A stretch of 64,000 nt of DNA, taken from assembly GCA_951406725.2 (NCBI GenBank), contig OX597820.1, positions 127,162,001 to 127,226,000 of the forward strand. Reading direction: 5' to 3'. A program made the position numbers and the translations under genes. This DNA is from Octopus vulgaris. Its lineage: Eukaryota. The notes beneath the pieces were generated by a model that saw nothing but the letters and a program-made list of their open reading frames with translations, had not been told where the DNA came from and did not search any database. Shown in pieces: positions 52,223 to 64,000 of this stretch. The stretch's first letter is position 1, and each line of letters begins with the position of its first letter.

Positions 52223-52830
52223 TATGGTGGTTGTCTACTCCTTATGCAGAGTTTCACCACCTCCTGTACCTACACCTTCGAACCATCATGGCATCTGATG
52301 TGGCTTTTGAAACCAGACAATCTTCTGAAAAGACTCCCACATAGATTGCACATCCGATTTGGACCAGATAAGCTCTGATCTTTGTGGATCTTAAAATGTC
52401 TTTTGAGGCCTCCGTTAGATTTGCAAACCTTCTGGCATTTACTGCTTTCAAATGTGTGTGCAGACATATAAGCAGAATAGTTGGTGGATGTTCATCTTCC
52501 ATGGGTTTGCAAATGAGAACTGAGCCCAGCAAAAGAAAGGCATGGTCTGTCACAAACTGTGCACACAATAAAAGGTCATTGTCATTCACTGTCTCGATCA
52601 TAACATTCTTCTTTAAATCTCTTTTGAGTCTGGCATGCGTTATCCTGGCCTCTTCAAATGATTTCAGTCCACTCCACACTTTCATTTGCCATCCAACTCG
52701 ATCCAAAGCAAGGGTTTCTATGTCTTCTGGATCCATTCCAAGTGACTTCATAGTAGTCCTTATGTCATCCTTAAACCTTTTTGTAGGTTTATGCTGATTG
52801 CGTTTCCCTTCTGCAAGCTCACCATAAAGC
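52223..52830 (-). mobile_element. RTE LINE 3' end with C-terminal C2H2-like zinc fingers
   Basis: LYGELAEGKRNQHKPTKRFKDDI...ETLALDRVGW, then CQKVCKSNGGLKRHFKIH and CNLCGSLFRRLSGFKSHIRCH in a shifted frame. Confidence 0.85.
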
Positions 52831-52854
52831 ATATATATACACATATATATATAA

Positions 52855-52889
<35 letters not shown>

Positions 52890-52943
52890 AACACACACAC
52901 ACACACACACAAACACACACATACATATATTCATAAGTATTCA

Positions 52944-53128
52944 TACAAGGGTTAGACAAAATAATGGAAACACTTTGAAATTTCAAACAAAATTTTAATA
53001 TGGTGTAGGACTGCCTTTGGCAGTAATCCTATGTGGTATGGCCCCGTACAAAGTTTGAATTGTTTCCAAAGGAATTTTTATCCATTCTTCAGCTAAGATT
53101 CTCTAGTTCTTGTAGTGATGATGGTTCA
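52944..53128. mobile_element. Tc1-like element terminal fragment
   Basis: TA|CAAGGGTTAGACAAAATAATGGAAACAC TIR-like start followed by Tc1-type subterminal sequence (atggtgtagg..gcctttggcagtaat). Confidence 0.5.
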
Positions 53129-53244
53129 GTTATATAATAATATAAATTATATATGCATATATACATACATATATGTACATACATCTAAACATATACACAT
53201 GTATATGTCCAATCCATGGACAGTGGACGTTAAATGATGATATA

Positions 53245-53288
<44 letters not shown>

Positions 53289-53880
53289 TGCACACACCCA
53301 CATATATATATACACACACACATTTGTATATATATGCATGCACACATACATATACACACACAGTCACACATATATATATACATACACACATTTTTTCAAA
53401 ATTTGTGGGAATGTGTATAGAATAATATATCAATTGAATAAAGTTAAAACATGGTTTGGTTTTCGCGTTCTTTATTACAGTATTTTAACATGAAAAAAGT
53501 ATTTTGTAATGTTCCTAAAGTTCAATTAGTGCTTTCATGCATTCGTAGTAATCATCAGATTTCAAAATGTATATAACTGACAGTCGAGTTCTTGACAACT
53601 GTTGTAACTCAACTGTCAGTCAATTTTACAGCTAAAGGGTCACACGAAGCAAGTGATCAGTTTCTTGTTTTGGTTCTAGTTACAGATCAGATCTGAGGAC
53701 AGGAACTGTTAAGTGTTAAAATCATTATTCAGATGCCATCTCCATAAAAAAAAAAGTTTTGTTAACAGGTGCCAGTCTGCATAGAAGACAATAGTTTGAC
53801 ATTTCCAACCTCTTTGATGCCAACTGCCATGGATCTTCCTCTAATTTGGATACAAAAACCTTGATTTTGATTGTTCTTAT

Positions 53881-54105
53881 TTAACCCTTTTATTATGTTC
53901 CTGTTAAAATACATTATCTTTATTTCAGTTTAATTTTGAAAATATTGAAGAATTTAATAAAATAACTTTATTATTATAAAGCTGGTGCTTAGAACATAAA
54001 ATAACATCGAAGTTTGATGGAAGGTTTTAAATTAGATCACTTGAAAAACAAACTTGCATCATAGAAGCAAGGGTGGTCATGGATGGGTTGATATCAAAAG
54101 GGTTA
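53881..54105. mobile_element. piggyBac-like MITE
   Basis: TTAACCCTTTT...AAAAGGGTTAA, about 225 bp; related fragments at 4327-4500, 5198-5360 and 55736-55870. Confidence 0.75.
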
Positions 54106-54305
54106 AGGCATCTCATCACAATTTTATTTGATTCATTATGTTCCAAATATCAACTTAATAATGGAAAACTTATTTTGCCTAATCCCTTCAAATAATTATC
54201 TTTAAAATTGACATTTTAGGCAGAGTATATCATTAGAAATCTCATCTCGAAAACATTAGCAGAGGAGTTTTAAAAAGCTAATTAGAAATTGAGTTGGAGG
54301 TGGGA

Positions 54306-54524
54306 TTAACCCTTTTGAAGATAACCTGCTTGAGACTGTCCCTGGCTCTATTATTCAAGCTTTCTGTTTAAAATGATCTAAATGAATGCCTTCAATTAAA
54401 ATTGCATGTTAATTTGTGTTCCATGCATCAGCTTAATAGCTGAAGAGTTACTTTGTTAAAGTCTTCATTATTTTCTAAATTAATTGACACAATAGCAGCT
54501 GAAATATGGTAACAAAAGGGTTAA
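54306..54524. mobile_element. piggyBac-like MITE, opposite orientation to the copy at 53881
   Basis: TTAACCCTTTTG...CAAAAGGGTTAA; internal sequence is the reverse complement of 53881-54105. Confidence 0.75.
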
Positions 54525-56889
54525 TTAATGACCAATATTTAAATGTTTTTGGCAAGTACAGGAGCCAGTTGCAGACTTGTTCTAGTCTTCTGACCTTGTC
54601 GGCTAATGGCCCTAATACATTATCAAGTCAACTATCTTGAGGCAGATAAAAATAGCAATTGTAGTTCTTTTCTCTAACTGAAAGTATTTTATAACAGAAG
54701 CTGTTTTATAGCAAACATATAATCCATTCTAACCAAATCTTTTAACAGTTAGATTATTATTGTAACGAATTGCATAAAAAAAAAAAGCTGGTTTGGCGAT
54801 AATTCCATTTGAGATGCAGAGATTTGGGAATTCTTTTTTAAACAAATACTGTGTAAATATCCTCTTCAGTAAGCTTCTTATTTCCTGATAGATGGAAGCT
54901 TGTTGTTGCTAACAGGTATTAGTCTGTAATGGCATTTACAGCTTTAGCATTTGTAATGCTGCATAAGTTTAGGATAGAGATATCTTGAAATGATTACAAA
55001 GAATTTTAGATTGAACAAAAATTGCTTTTGTTAGTTTTTTCCTTTTTTCTCTTTGAGAAGTGAGTGATGCTTTCGAACACAACAAATTTTTGAAATGTTT
55101 TTTTTTTTCCCCCTTTTACATCATCCTCAACATCATTGTTTTAATGTACACTTTTCCATGCTTCTCTTAGGTCAGATGGAATTTGTTGAGATAGATTTTC
55201 TATAGGTTTCTATGGCCTGATGTCCTTCTTGTCATGGACATACCAGTTTCAAATTGAAGTAGTATTCTCACAGACAACTGGAACTGGGAACAAGTGACAC
55301 TCCTGGTATGATTGACACTCACAACCATTATGTAAAGTCTGGACAAGAAGACAAACTCCTGCGCAAGATGGTTGTAAATGAATATCATCATCATCACATA
55401 AGCAAAATTGTTTCTTTCCAGTCTTTCATGAAAAATATCTTGCTAGGGGTGAAAATATTACCTTGCTTAGAAATAAGTGAAAAAATGGTTTAATAAAAGG
55501 TCATTCGGTTGTAGAAAATCTTTCTCCACAAATTTTGTCCGACTCATGCAAACATGGAAAAGTGGATGTTAAATGATGGTAATGTGTGCGCACGCGTGCA
55601 CGTGCAAATTATCACATCTACGATGAGCAATGGGAATTTGTCATACATTTGTGATATAATCAAAGAAACTCTACACAGTCTTTTGATCTGCTTATGATAG
55701 TAGCTAAATGCCCTTGAGATGATCCTCTACCATCTTAAGCCTTTTGATACCAACTTGCCTGAAATTGACCTCCTAGTACTTTGATACAAATGACCTTCTT
55801 TTAAAGTCATTTGAATTAAAACCTTTTATCAAAATTTCATGTGGATTTATATTCCAAACTAGATCTTAACTCTTTGCCAGTCTTGTGTTTCATGTGTGAT
55901 ACAGAGAACATACTTCTCTGGTCTCCATGCATCATATATAATACACAAACCAATTTTTTTTCAACCCTGGAGTAACTTCTGATTTATGACAGGAATCTGT
56001 TATGTTTTATATTGCTCAGAATGTATGAAACAAGGGCTAACTAAAAGTTTGACAATAACCAAGGGTACTTGAGACAAATTTATGAAAATATTTTGGAGAG
56101 GCAAAGAGTTAATAAAAACAAACTTAATCTACTAAATTGTTCATTATTTTCAAAATTAATTGAAACAAGGGTAGTATGTTTCAATAAAGACATGGTATCA
56201 AAAGAAGGAAGAAGATGTATAATTCAAGGAAAAGTACTCAGATTTGTAAAAACTCAGTATAAAACTCAATGTGATGATGGATTGAATGTTTTTCATCCTA
56301 GGCCTGCTCAGTCAAGGTTGACATGGTGCAAAACAACATGAATTTTAAAATTGGTGGTGAAAAGTGCTATAGTAGAAATGAGGTCATCCAGGATACATTT
56401 GAGAAGAAATGACATAAGATTAAAAAGGGGAAATAATGATATTGGTTTTTTTGGGGTTTTTTTTTTTACTAGACAGGTCAAGATTTATACTAAATTATTC
56501 TTTCTATTATATCCACAAGGCCTGAAATTTTGTGGGAGGGGGTGCTTATTAATTATATCAACACCAGTTCTCAACTAGTACTTATTTTATCAATCCCGAA
56601 AGGATGAAAAACAGGGTCAACTGTGATAGAATTTGGACTCAGAATCTAAGCCAGAAGAAATGCCTCTAAGAATTTTATCCAGCATGCTAAAGTTTCTGCT
56701 AGCTTGCTGCCTTAAACTGACTAAAGAATAATAATAATAATAACATTAATGATTTTTGCTGACAAGTAGCTCTTCAACTTTTTAAATATTTTTGAATTAG
56801 ACTGGAAGCAAACTGAAATATTATTGTTATTGATATTATTTGATCACCATATAGCTATTTTGTTTTTTTGGTGTCCAGATTTTGATTCT

Positions 56890-57225
56890 ATGGCTGTGTG
56901 GTAAGAAGCTTGGTTCCCAAACACAGTTTTGGGTTCAGTTCCACTTCTTGGCACCTTGGGTGTCTTTTACTAAACCCCTGGGCCAACCAAAGCCTTGTAA
57001 GTGGATTTCATAAATGGAAACTGAAAGCTCAAGTGTGTGTTTGTGTGTGTATCTGCATTTGTATTTGTTCCCACTACCACTTGGCAACCAGTGTTGGTTT
57101 GTTATGTCACCATATCTTAGTAGTTTGACAAAAGCAACTAATAGAATAAGTATTTGTTCATTTAAACCCTTCAAGGTGATGCCCAGTGCAGCCACAGTCC
57201 AACGACTGAAGCATGCTAAAAGATA
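56890..57225 (+). mobile_element. Family A SINE (diverged)
   Basis: atggctgtgtggtaagaagctt...ggtgatgcccagtgcagccacagtc. Confidence 0.8.
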
Positions 57226-58102
57226 GAGGATTTCACAGCATTTGCTTCGAGGCCTTTGAAAGTATAATGGATGTCATATCTTGTATCCTATCTTTTATTA
57301 TATCATTAATAACCATTCTTAATCAAAAACCTTGTCAGTAGGAACATAACAGTAGGTGATGTTCACACTTTAATTATTTGTTGAAACCATTTCCCTATTT
57401 AATTTTCTAATGAAAAGCTTGAACCATCAATAAAAATCTCATTGTCGAATTTGTGTAAAAACTGGTGGTTGCTATCATTATTTTGAGAATATTTTATTGA
57501 ATATAGAATTTAATGTTGGTGTTTCAAAGTTGTCAGATGTAAGAATTATAGAGCCTCTATGTTTTCTCAGTTGCTGGGTCAGAAGTTGGGGTAGGAATAA
57601 CAGCAACCTCTTCCTGTTGTCTGTAGCAGTAGCTAATGAAACCCAAGCCATTTTGTGGTGTCACCATACAAATAATCATCTTAAATACTTAACCTTTATT
57701 TGAATATGCATACATACACATATATATTCACATATGTACACGCACACATTTATTTTTATATATATATATAGGTTAGTAGAGTTAGCAGTTGGAATAACTG
57801 TCTAAGGGATAAGAATATCTGCTTTTACTACCAGTATAAATTACCTATGTTAACCCTGGGCATGCATATGCAAGCACACTATGCTTATAGGATAAAGGCA
57901 ATAACAAAATAAACAAGAGTTTATCAAGATACAAATTTAAATTAAGCGGAAAATGGAGAAAATTCTTGATCAACAAATAAATTGACTTCCATAAAGTTTT
58001 GTATTAAAAAAATAGTAATAAATGGTAGCCAGTTTGTTTGTTGATCAAGAATTTTCTTCTTTTTCTGCTTAATTTTTATATATATATGTATATATATAAT
58101 CA

Positions 58103-58386
58103 TCACTAAGTGTGACTGTGAACCTACATTGCTAGAAATAAGAGTTAAAATACTCAATTCTGTAGGAAGAATGCATATGCATACATGCTGACAGAGGAGG
58201 CAACCACCCCATGGTGACTCAAATATCCTACATGTGCTGTTTGAGCAGTCCTTACCTTCAGGATTTTCAAGTTGGCATGGGGCGGTTGCCTCCCATACAT
58301 ATGCACTCTTCCTGTAACATTAAGAGTATTTTAACTCTTATTTCTAGCAATGTAGGTGCATCGGCACCCTTGGTCACACTTGGTGT
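58103..58386. mobile_element. Fold-back MITE-like element with ~125-bp inverted arms
   Basis: acctacattgctagaaataagagttaaaatactc versus gagtattttaactcttatttctagcaatgtaggt (perfect), and ggaggcaaccaccccatg versus catggggcggttgcctcc. Confidence 0.75.
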
Positions 58387-58542
58387 TGATTGAATTTTTC
58401 CTTTATGGTATCACATTGCGCTTAGTTGTTTATATTTATTTTATATATATATACTCACATCTAGAACTTTTAACATGCATGACGCTTATGCATGGTGCCA
58501 AATGAACTAACCATGTTGTTATCTTCACTGTTTTTGTTTCAG

Positions 58543-58724
58543 TGTAGGTTAAATAGTGACACCCCAACCATGACTAGCGCCCCTAATGTTAATGGAGACT
58601 CCCACAACTGGCGTAGTCCAGCATTACATGATTCTCCCGGAGCTGTCTCCTCTATTCATAGTGATGTCCTCGAGGACTCACCGGATGATTCTAAAATGAG
58701 CTCACATCTGTTGGATTCCTGCAT
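58543..58724 (+). CDS. CTNND2: Next coding exon of the same delta-catenin-like gene
   Basis: Acceptor tttttgtttcag, donor AT|gtgagt, 182 nt, phase 0 start matching the previous exon. CRLNSDTPTMTS...NW...SHLLDSC parallels CTNND2 'CKLGSETGSMSS...QW...ELVDSC', which directly follows the coiled coil. Confidence 0.85.
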
Positions 58725-59329
58725 GTGAGTACACATTGGATTTGACCGCTCGCTCGCTGTCGAGGCTGCTCTTCTCTGCTTCCAAATAAACCTCTCAAAG
58801 ACTGCTTTATTATTTGTAGATGGTGACTGTCCATAGTTGCGGTGCAGTTTTTATCCTGCTCCACATCATCTTTCTCCTTTTTCTTATCTGCACTTATTAA
58901 TGACTTTTCTCTTTTTTTTTCTTTTTATTTTAATTTTTTTTATCATAACACATTCTGGCTTATAAAATTACTTACTGCAGTCTTTTGCATCTTAATTTAG
59001 AAATTTTATTTATCATTTTCTCTCTTTTTCTCTCACTAATTGCTTTTAATACTTGATTTATTATTCTCTCTATCTCAATCTTCTAGTGTGCAAAGTGTGT
59101 GCACACGTTTTTGCCTTTTTATCATGGCTGCTGTAGATAGTAATATTAATATTAAAAAAGAGAATTAACCAATGCAATAGCACTTGAAATTAGTTTTCGA
59201 ATTGAACTTTTAGTTTCTTTTATTTTGTTACTTTTTACACAGTTTTGATTTTACATGAATTTGAATTGTTGCTTATATTTTCTATATTTCTGTAAAGCTT
59301 CGATACAAAAATAATCTCTTTCTCACCCC

Positions 59330-59382
59330 CCTCTTACCTGCATTTATTTCTTTCTGTCTTCTCATTTTATTCTCAGGTAAGT
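59330..59382 (+). promoter_or_regulatory. Candidate recursive splice site (acceptor immediately followed by a consensus donor)
   Basis: cttac + atttctttctgtcttctcattttattctCAG|GTAAGT, on the sense strand of the host gene. Confidence 0.5.
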
Positions 59383-60207
59383 GATATATAATTAAATTAC
59401 TAGAATCTATAAATCAGTGTTAATCTACCTTGACAAAAAGTTCACATGCTTCTGGGTTGTCCCACTGTATAGCACCTTGGGCAAGTGTCTTCTACTATAG
59501 CCCAAGGCTGATCAAATCTTGTTTGTGGATTCGGTAGATGGAAACTGAAAGAAGCCCACTATGTATGTGTTTGTGTGTGTTATCGACAGAGTAGGCAACT
59601 TAATGTAACTTAAATTACAAGAAGCCAGGTTTCATGGTTTATATTAGCATTGAAACAGTACAATAGTATTAAGACTGGGGAAATCTCATTTTAACATTAA
59701 AAGCATTGATTATATCGGCAGCAATAAATTTTGTCTGCTCTTCTATAAAATCATATCGTTTTTCAGTCTGTTTTATTGCATGTCTTTACCAGTTAGGTAA
59801 CATGGCTACTATTAACTGCTGTACCAGGGCATGGAGCTTGTTAAATACACAGTAGTAGTGAAATTCTTGTGTTCTCTTCTGTAAACCACAAATCAATATG
59901 TTAATGGTCCACTTTAACCTTCCAGTTATCACTTTGCCATATAAACCATTATATCTCAGCAGCATATCAATAGAATTTGAATTTGAGTTTTAAAACATTT
60001 CTATAAATATTTCAAGCATTCATTGTCCTCATCGTTTTAACTTCCACTTCTCCATGCTTTCAGGAGTCCAATGGAATCCATTGAAGTAGTTTATATAGCT
60101 AGACACCTAATTGCCATCTGTCACTTGCTTCCAAGCAATGTAAACAATCTCCTATGACTGGACTTATTTTCTTTCATTGGGGGTTGGAAAATATGACCCC
60201 ACTTGCA

Positions 60208-60590
60208 TTCTTTTATTCTTTCACTTGGTTCAGTCATTTGACTGCAGCCATGCTGGAGCACCACCTTCAACGGTTTTAGTCAAACTAATTGACTCCATGA
60301 CATCTTTTTAAAGCCTTGTACTTATTCTATTGGTCTCTTTTTGCCTACCTGCTAAGATGTGGGAACATAAACACACCAACACCAGTTGTCAAGTGGTGGT
60401 GGTGGTGGTGGGAACATACAGACACACAGACATATACACATGACATTCTTCTTTCAGTTTCCACCTACCAAATCCACTCACAAGGCTTTGGTTGGGTCAA
60501 GGCTACAGTAGAAGACACTTGTGCAAGGTACCATGCAGTGGGACTGAACCTAGAACCATGTGGTTGGGAAGCAAGTCTTATCACACACAC
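60208..60590 (-). mobile_element. Family A SINE
   Basis: ttcagtcatttgactgcagccatgctggagcaccacc...gcagtgggactgaacctagaaccatgtggttggg. Confidence 0.85.
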
Positions 60591-62012
60591 ACAACATTTT
60601 ACAACCATCATGCAATACCAAGACAAGGCGGTACAGACGCATGTATGTCTCATAATTGTGATCGTCATTTACCAATAGTTGTATCGTCTTTATTGTGAGG
60701 CAGACATTCTATCTGCAGAGGCTCTTCTGGTCACCAATCCTCATTTGCTTCCAGGCAAGGTAGCATCTCCCATACTCGACATGATTTTCATGGAAGATAG
60801 GAAATAAACAACCTCACTTGTATGACGACAATGATGATGATGATGATGATGATGCTCATTTACTACCATCATGTGATGTCTAGACAATGCTACATTCATA
60901 CACAAACATATACTCACATGCATACACATACATTTTTTTTTAAGGTTATTTCTACAGAATTTTCTATAGAAACTATAACCAACACTGATTTGTCATGATG
61001 TTTCATATCTGAATAGTAAATGGCCGTATGCCTCTTCTTCAGTACCACATCCAGCCCAATAACCCACCCATGAGTCGATTGCTTCAATATCTACTAAATA
61101 TAACAGTGTAACACTATTGGATATACCATTTTACATATTAAACAAATATTATGGTTGCATGATACGGTGTCCCTACAAGTAATTAACACTTACACACACA
61201 TATATATACGTACACGCATATACCTGGTGGGCTTTGTTCAGTTTGGGGCTAAAGTAGAAGACACCAAAAGTGCCACACAGTAGGACTGAACCCAAATTCA
61301 CATGGTTCAAAAGGAAAATTCTTAACCACAAAAAATATTTCAAACCAAAACCAATTCAAAATAGTTACTGATTTTTATAAATCCACTCAGGAAATTGTTA
61401 CATTAAAGGTAGAAACTCTTATGAATTAAGGATGTTGGGAAGGAGAGAGGTTGATGGTTTTTCATTAGGTTTTTCTAGCATTTTATGTAAAATAGTTGTC
61501 ACTATTTTAGAAATGTATGGTCCAAATCTGCTTTAATGATTATTTATAGTAGATATTAGATATTTGACTGCATTTTATATAGACTTTTGTCGTCCTTTTT
61601 CGCATTGTCATTTACAACTCTGCCAAATGATTGAGTTGAAATGTTTTTGATGTAAACTTATAGATTTCTGTTCACCCAGGGCCACTTTTTCTGTTAGATA
61701 TTGCTGAAGTACTTACTGGTTTGATAATAAGGCTCTGTCAGTGTGTGTGTGTGTGTGTAAAATCTTTCATGGCACTGCATCTAATCCCTTTCATGTCCAC
61801 AATGTCTGGAAGTGATTTTAGTAGCTGCTTCATAGAACTTGTCAAACTATGAAATCATGTGATCAACGGATGAATTGATACTTTCAAGTCTCTTTCCTTG
61901 CTGCAACCTTTTACAATGGTTTTCTTCTTTGACTGTTTATTTTCTGGGTAAGTTTTGTTACATATCGAAATTGATAAAGTTAACTCATATAAAACGTGTA
62001 ACATATATGTGC

Positions 62013-62055
<43 letters not shown>

Positions 62056-64000
62056 GTGTGTATTTGTGTGTGTGTATATATGCATGTATGTATACAGAGA
62101 TATGTATGTATGAGTATGTGTATGCACATATTTATATAAGAAAGGTAGGCTTGTGTATGCTTATATGTATTGTGTGTGTGTATGTATGTGTATGTATATA
62201 TATATATATATATAAGGAAGGTAGGCTTGTGTATACTTATATGTATTATATGTGTATGTATGTATGTATGTATATATGTTTGTGTGTACACACACATTCA
62301 TGTATATATATATATGTGTGTGTGTGTGTGATCAGAAAAGAAATTCAGTTGCAGCTGACTCCAACTGGAGTTTACTGCTGGTAAAGTAAAGGGTGTTGTT
62401 GGTGGTGACTTCAGACTTCAGAGTTGAACTCGAGGCCAACTTTCTGTTTCAAATGAAGTGCTATGAAACCCTGTGGAGCTGCCAAAAATAATCTAGTTGC
62501 AAAATTGTCAAGATTTAAAATTTCCTGTAGATTTCAAACATATATGAAATAGAAAAATAGTCTTACAAGTTTTAAAAGAAAATTAAAAGTTATTACTTTG
62601 TAATATTATGATTTGCAGGAGTGCAATTATTTAATAATAATTCTTTTTTTAAATGGTTGGAAACCAGTGCATTGCAGGGGTTAAGAGCTGTTGTTATTCT
62701 TAGGCAAGGGTGATTTTGTACTGACTGTATAAGCGTTGAAAGATTTCTGCAGAATCCAATTATATTCTTGAACTTACTCTTAAAATATTGCAAAAATAAA
62801 GAGTATGCTGCTGCTATTGTTGTTGTTGTTGTTTAGCCCTAGGCCAGGTCCTGTCATGTAGACTTATGACTGAAGGCATTCCAGCTGTGATCATTCTTTT
62901 TGTATATAGATGACTACAATGCTAGCACAGGTTGGACAGTTTAATTGGTTCCAATCAGTTGGGGAACCATGTCTTGCTCCAGTGTAGGGGCTTCAACTGT
63001 TAATATCTCAGGTGTGAACATGTCTCTGCTTTAGACAATAGGATTTGAATAAAGGGAGATTTAGCTATTTCTGTTAAAGTAAGGACTTTAGAGGTCTCAT
63101 TTTGGTTTGTTAATGTATGTTGGTTTGTTTGGAGAAATGAGTATTAATAGTTGGAAATGTATTTAAGAGTGTTTTGGTCTTTGTTTAATTATATAGAGGA
63201 ATGTGTATGTGCAAGCTAAGGCAGCCAACTGGCCGAGTCATTAAGTTGATGGATGGGTTGTTTAGGGGTAATTATTCTGCTTCTCTGCATCCTGAGTTCA
63301 AATCCTGCTGAGATAAACTTTGTCCTACTTCTTGGGATCAGTAAATAGATTACAAGTCTAGTAACGAGGCTGACTCATCTCTCTCGTTTTGCTCATTCTG
63401 GAAGAGATGAATTGTAATCAGAAGGATGAGTTCTGCCAAGTCTAAAAAGTACCTGAGGCACATCATGTATTATGGCAACACCCTTACAATTCTATGAATA
63501 AGTTAAGTGCCCCAAAGCTTAGCTTAGAATATGTGTAGACTGCATGGGGACAGTATACTAAACCTAGTGTACTGAATGACCAATTTATTGGAAATTATTA
63601 AGTGTGTTACGTAACTCTGGGATAGTTTTTGTTTTAGTGGATTCTTGAGGTTTGTGATTGTCGAGGAGTTATTGCTATGTGTAATGTTTGAAATATTTGT
63701 TCACTTTTCAACATTTTACTGATAAAGAAGATAAAGCTGTTGAGTAACAATGATTAACACCTGGTGAATCAGGTATCTGACCTCATTTGTTTTCCTCAGT
63801 GTCCTGGGTACTTTAAATCTGGCAGTGTTCACCCCTCTATGTATAGGAGTGACAGAAAGGAAAAGTAGAGAGGAGAAAGAGAGGAGTCAGCCTCATTGCT
63901 GGGCTGGTACTCTATTTACCTACCTCAAATCAAAGGAGGACAAAGTTGATATTCTACTTGATAATTGTTTCTCCGAAGAAAGCATAAACACTGATATTTT

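Larger units (their letters stand above)
20593..58542 (+). other. Approximately 38-kb GT-AG intron
   Basis: GT at 20593 and AG at 58541-58542. The flanking exons are contiguous in the homologous protein and no other convincing exon was seen between them. Confidence 0.7.

Overview
AT-rich, repeat-dense animal DNA; the SINE families, (CA)n/(TA)n load and Penelope-type fragments point to an octopod cephalopod (Octopus sp.; inference). The window appears to lie entirely inside one + strand gene. Two short coding exons (20521-20592 and 58543-58724, about 38 kb apart) splice in frame to EAQFQRLSEKLDIERQPVANKLKK|CRLNSDTPTMTS...LLDSC, which resembles the N-terminal coiled-coil region of delta-catenin/p120/plakophilin-4 proteins. 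The rest is intronic: tRNA-derived SINEs of several families, decayed RTE and CR1 LINE ends, a DD37D (maT) transposase relic, piggyBac-, hAT- and Tc1-type MITEs, a non-autonomous Helitron, Penelope-like fragments with hammerhead-ribozyme motifs, a 5S rRNA retrocopy fused to a retroelement tail, a 42-bp minisatellite and a 3.4-kb 31-bp satellite. Most of the supplied ORFs are translations of repeats. The most interesting signals are the satellite apparently built from a MITE terminal inverted repeat, the 5S/tail chimera, the hammerhead motifs (one with a ~80-nt stem II), a candidate recursive splice site, and many fold-back structures. All family assignments are from pattern recognition, not database searches, and repeat boundaries are approximate.
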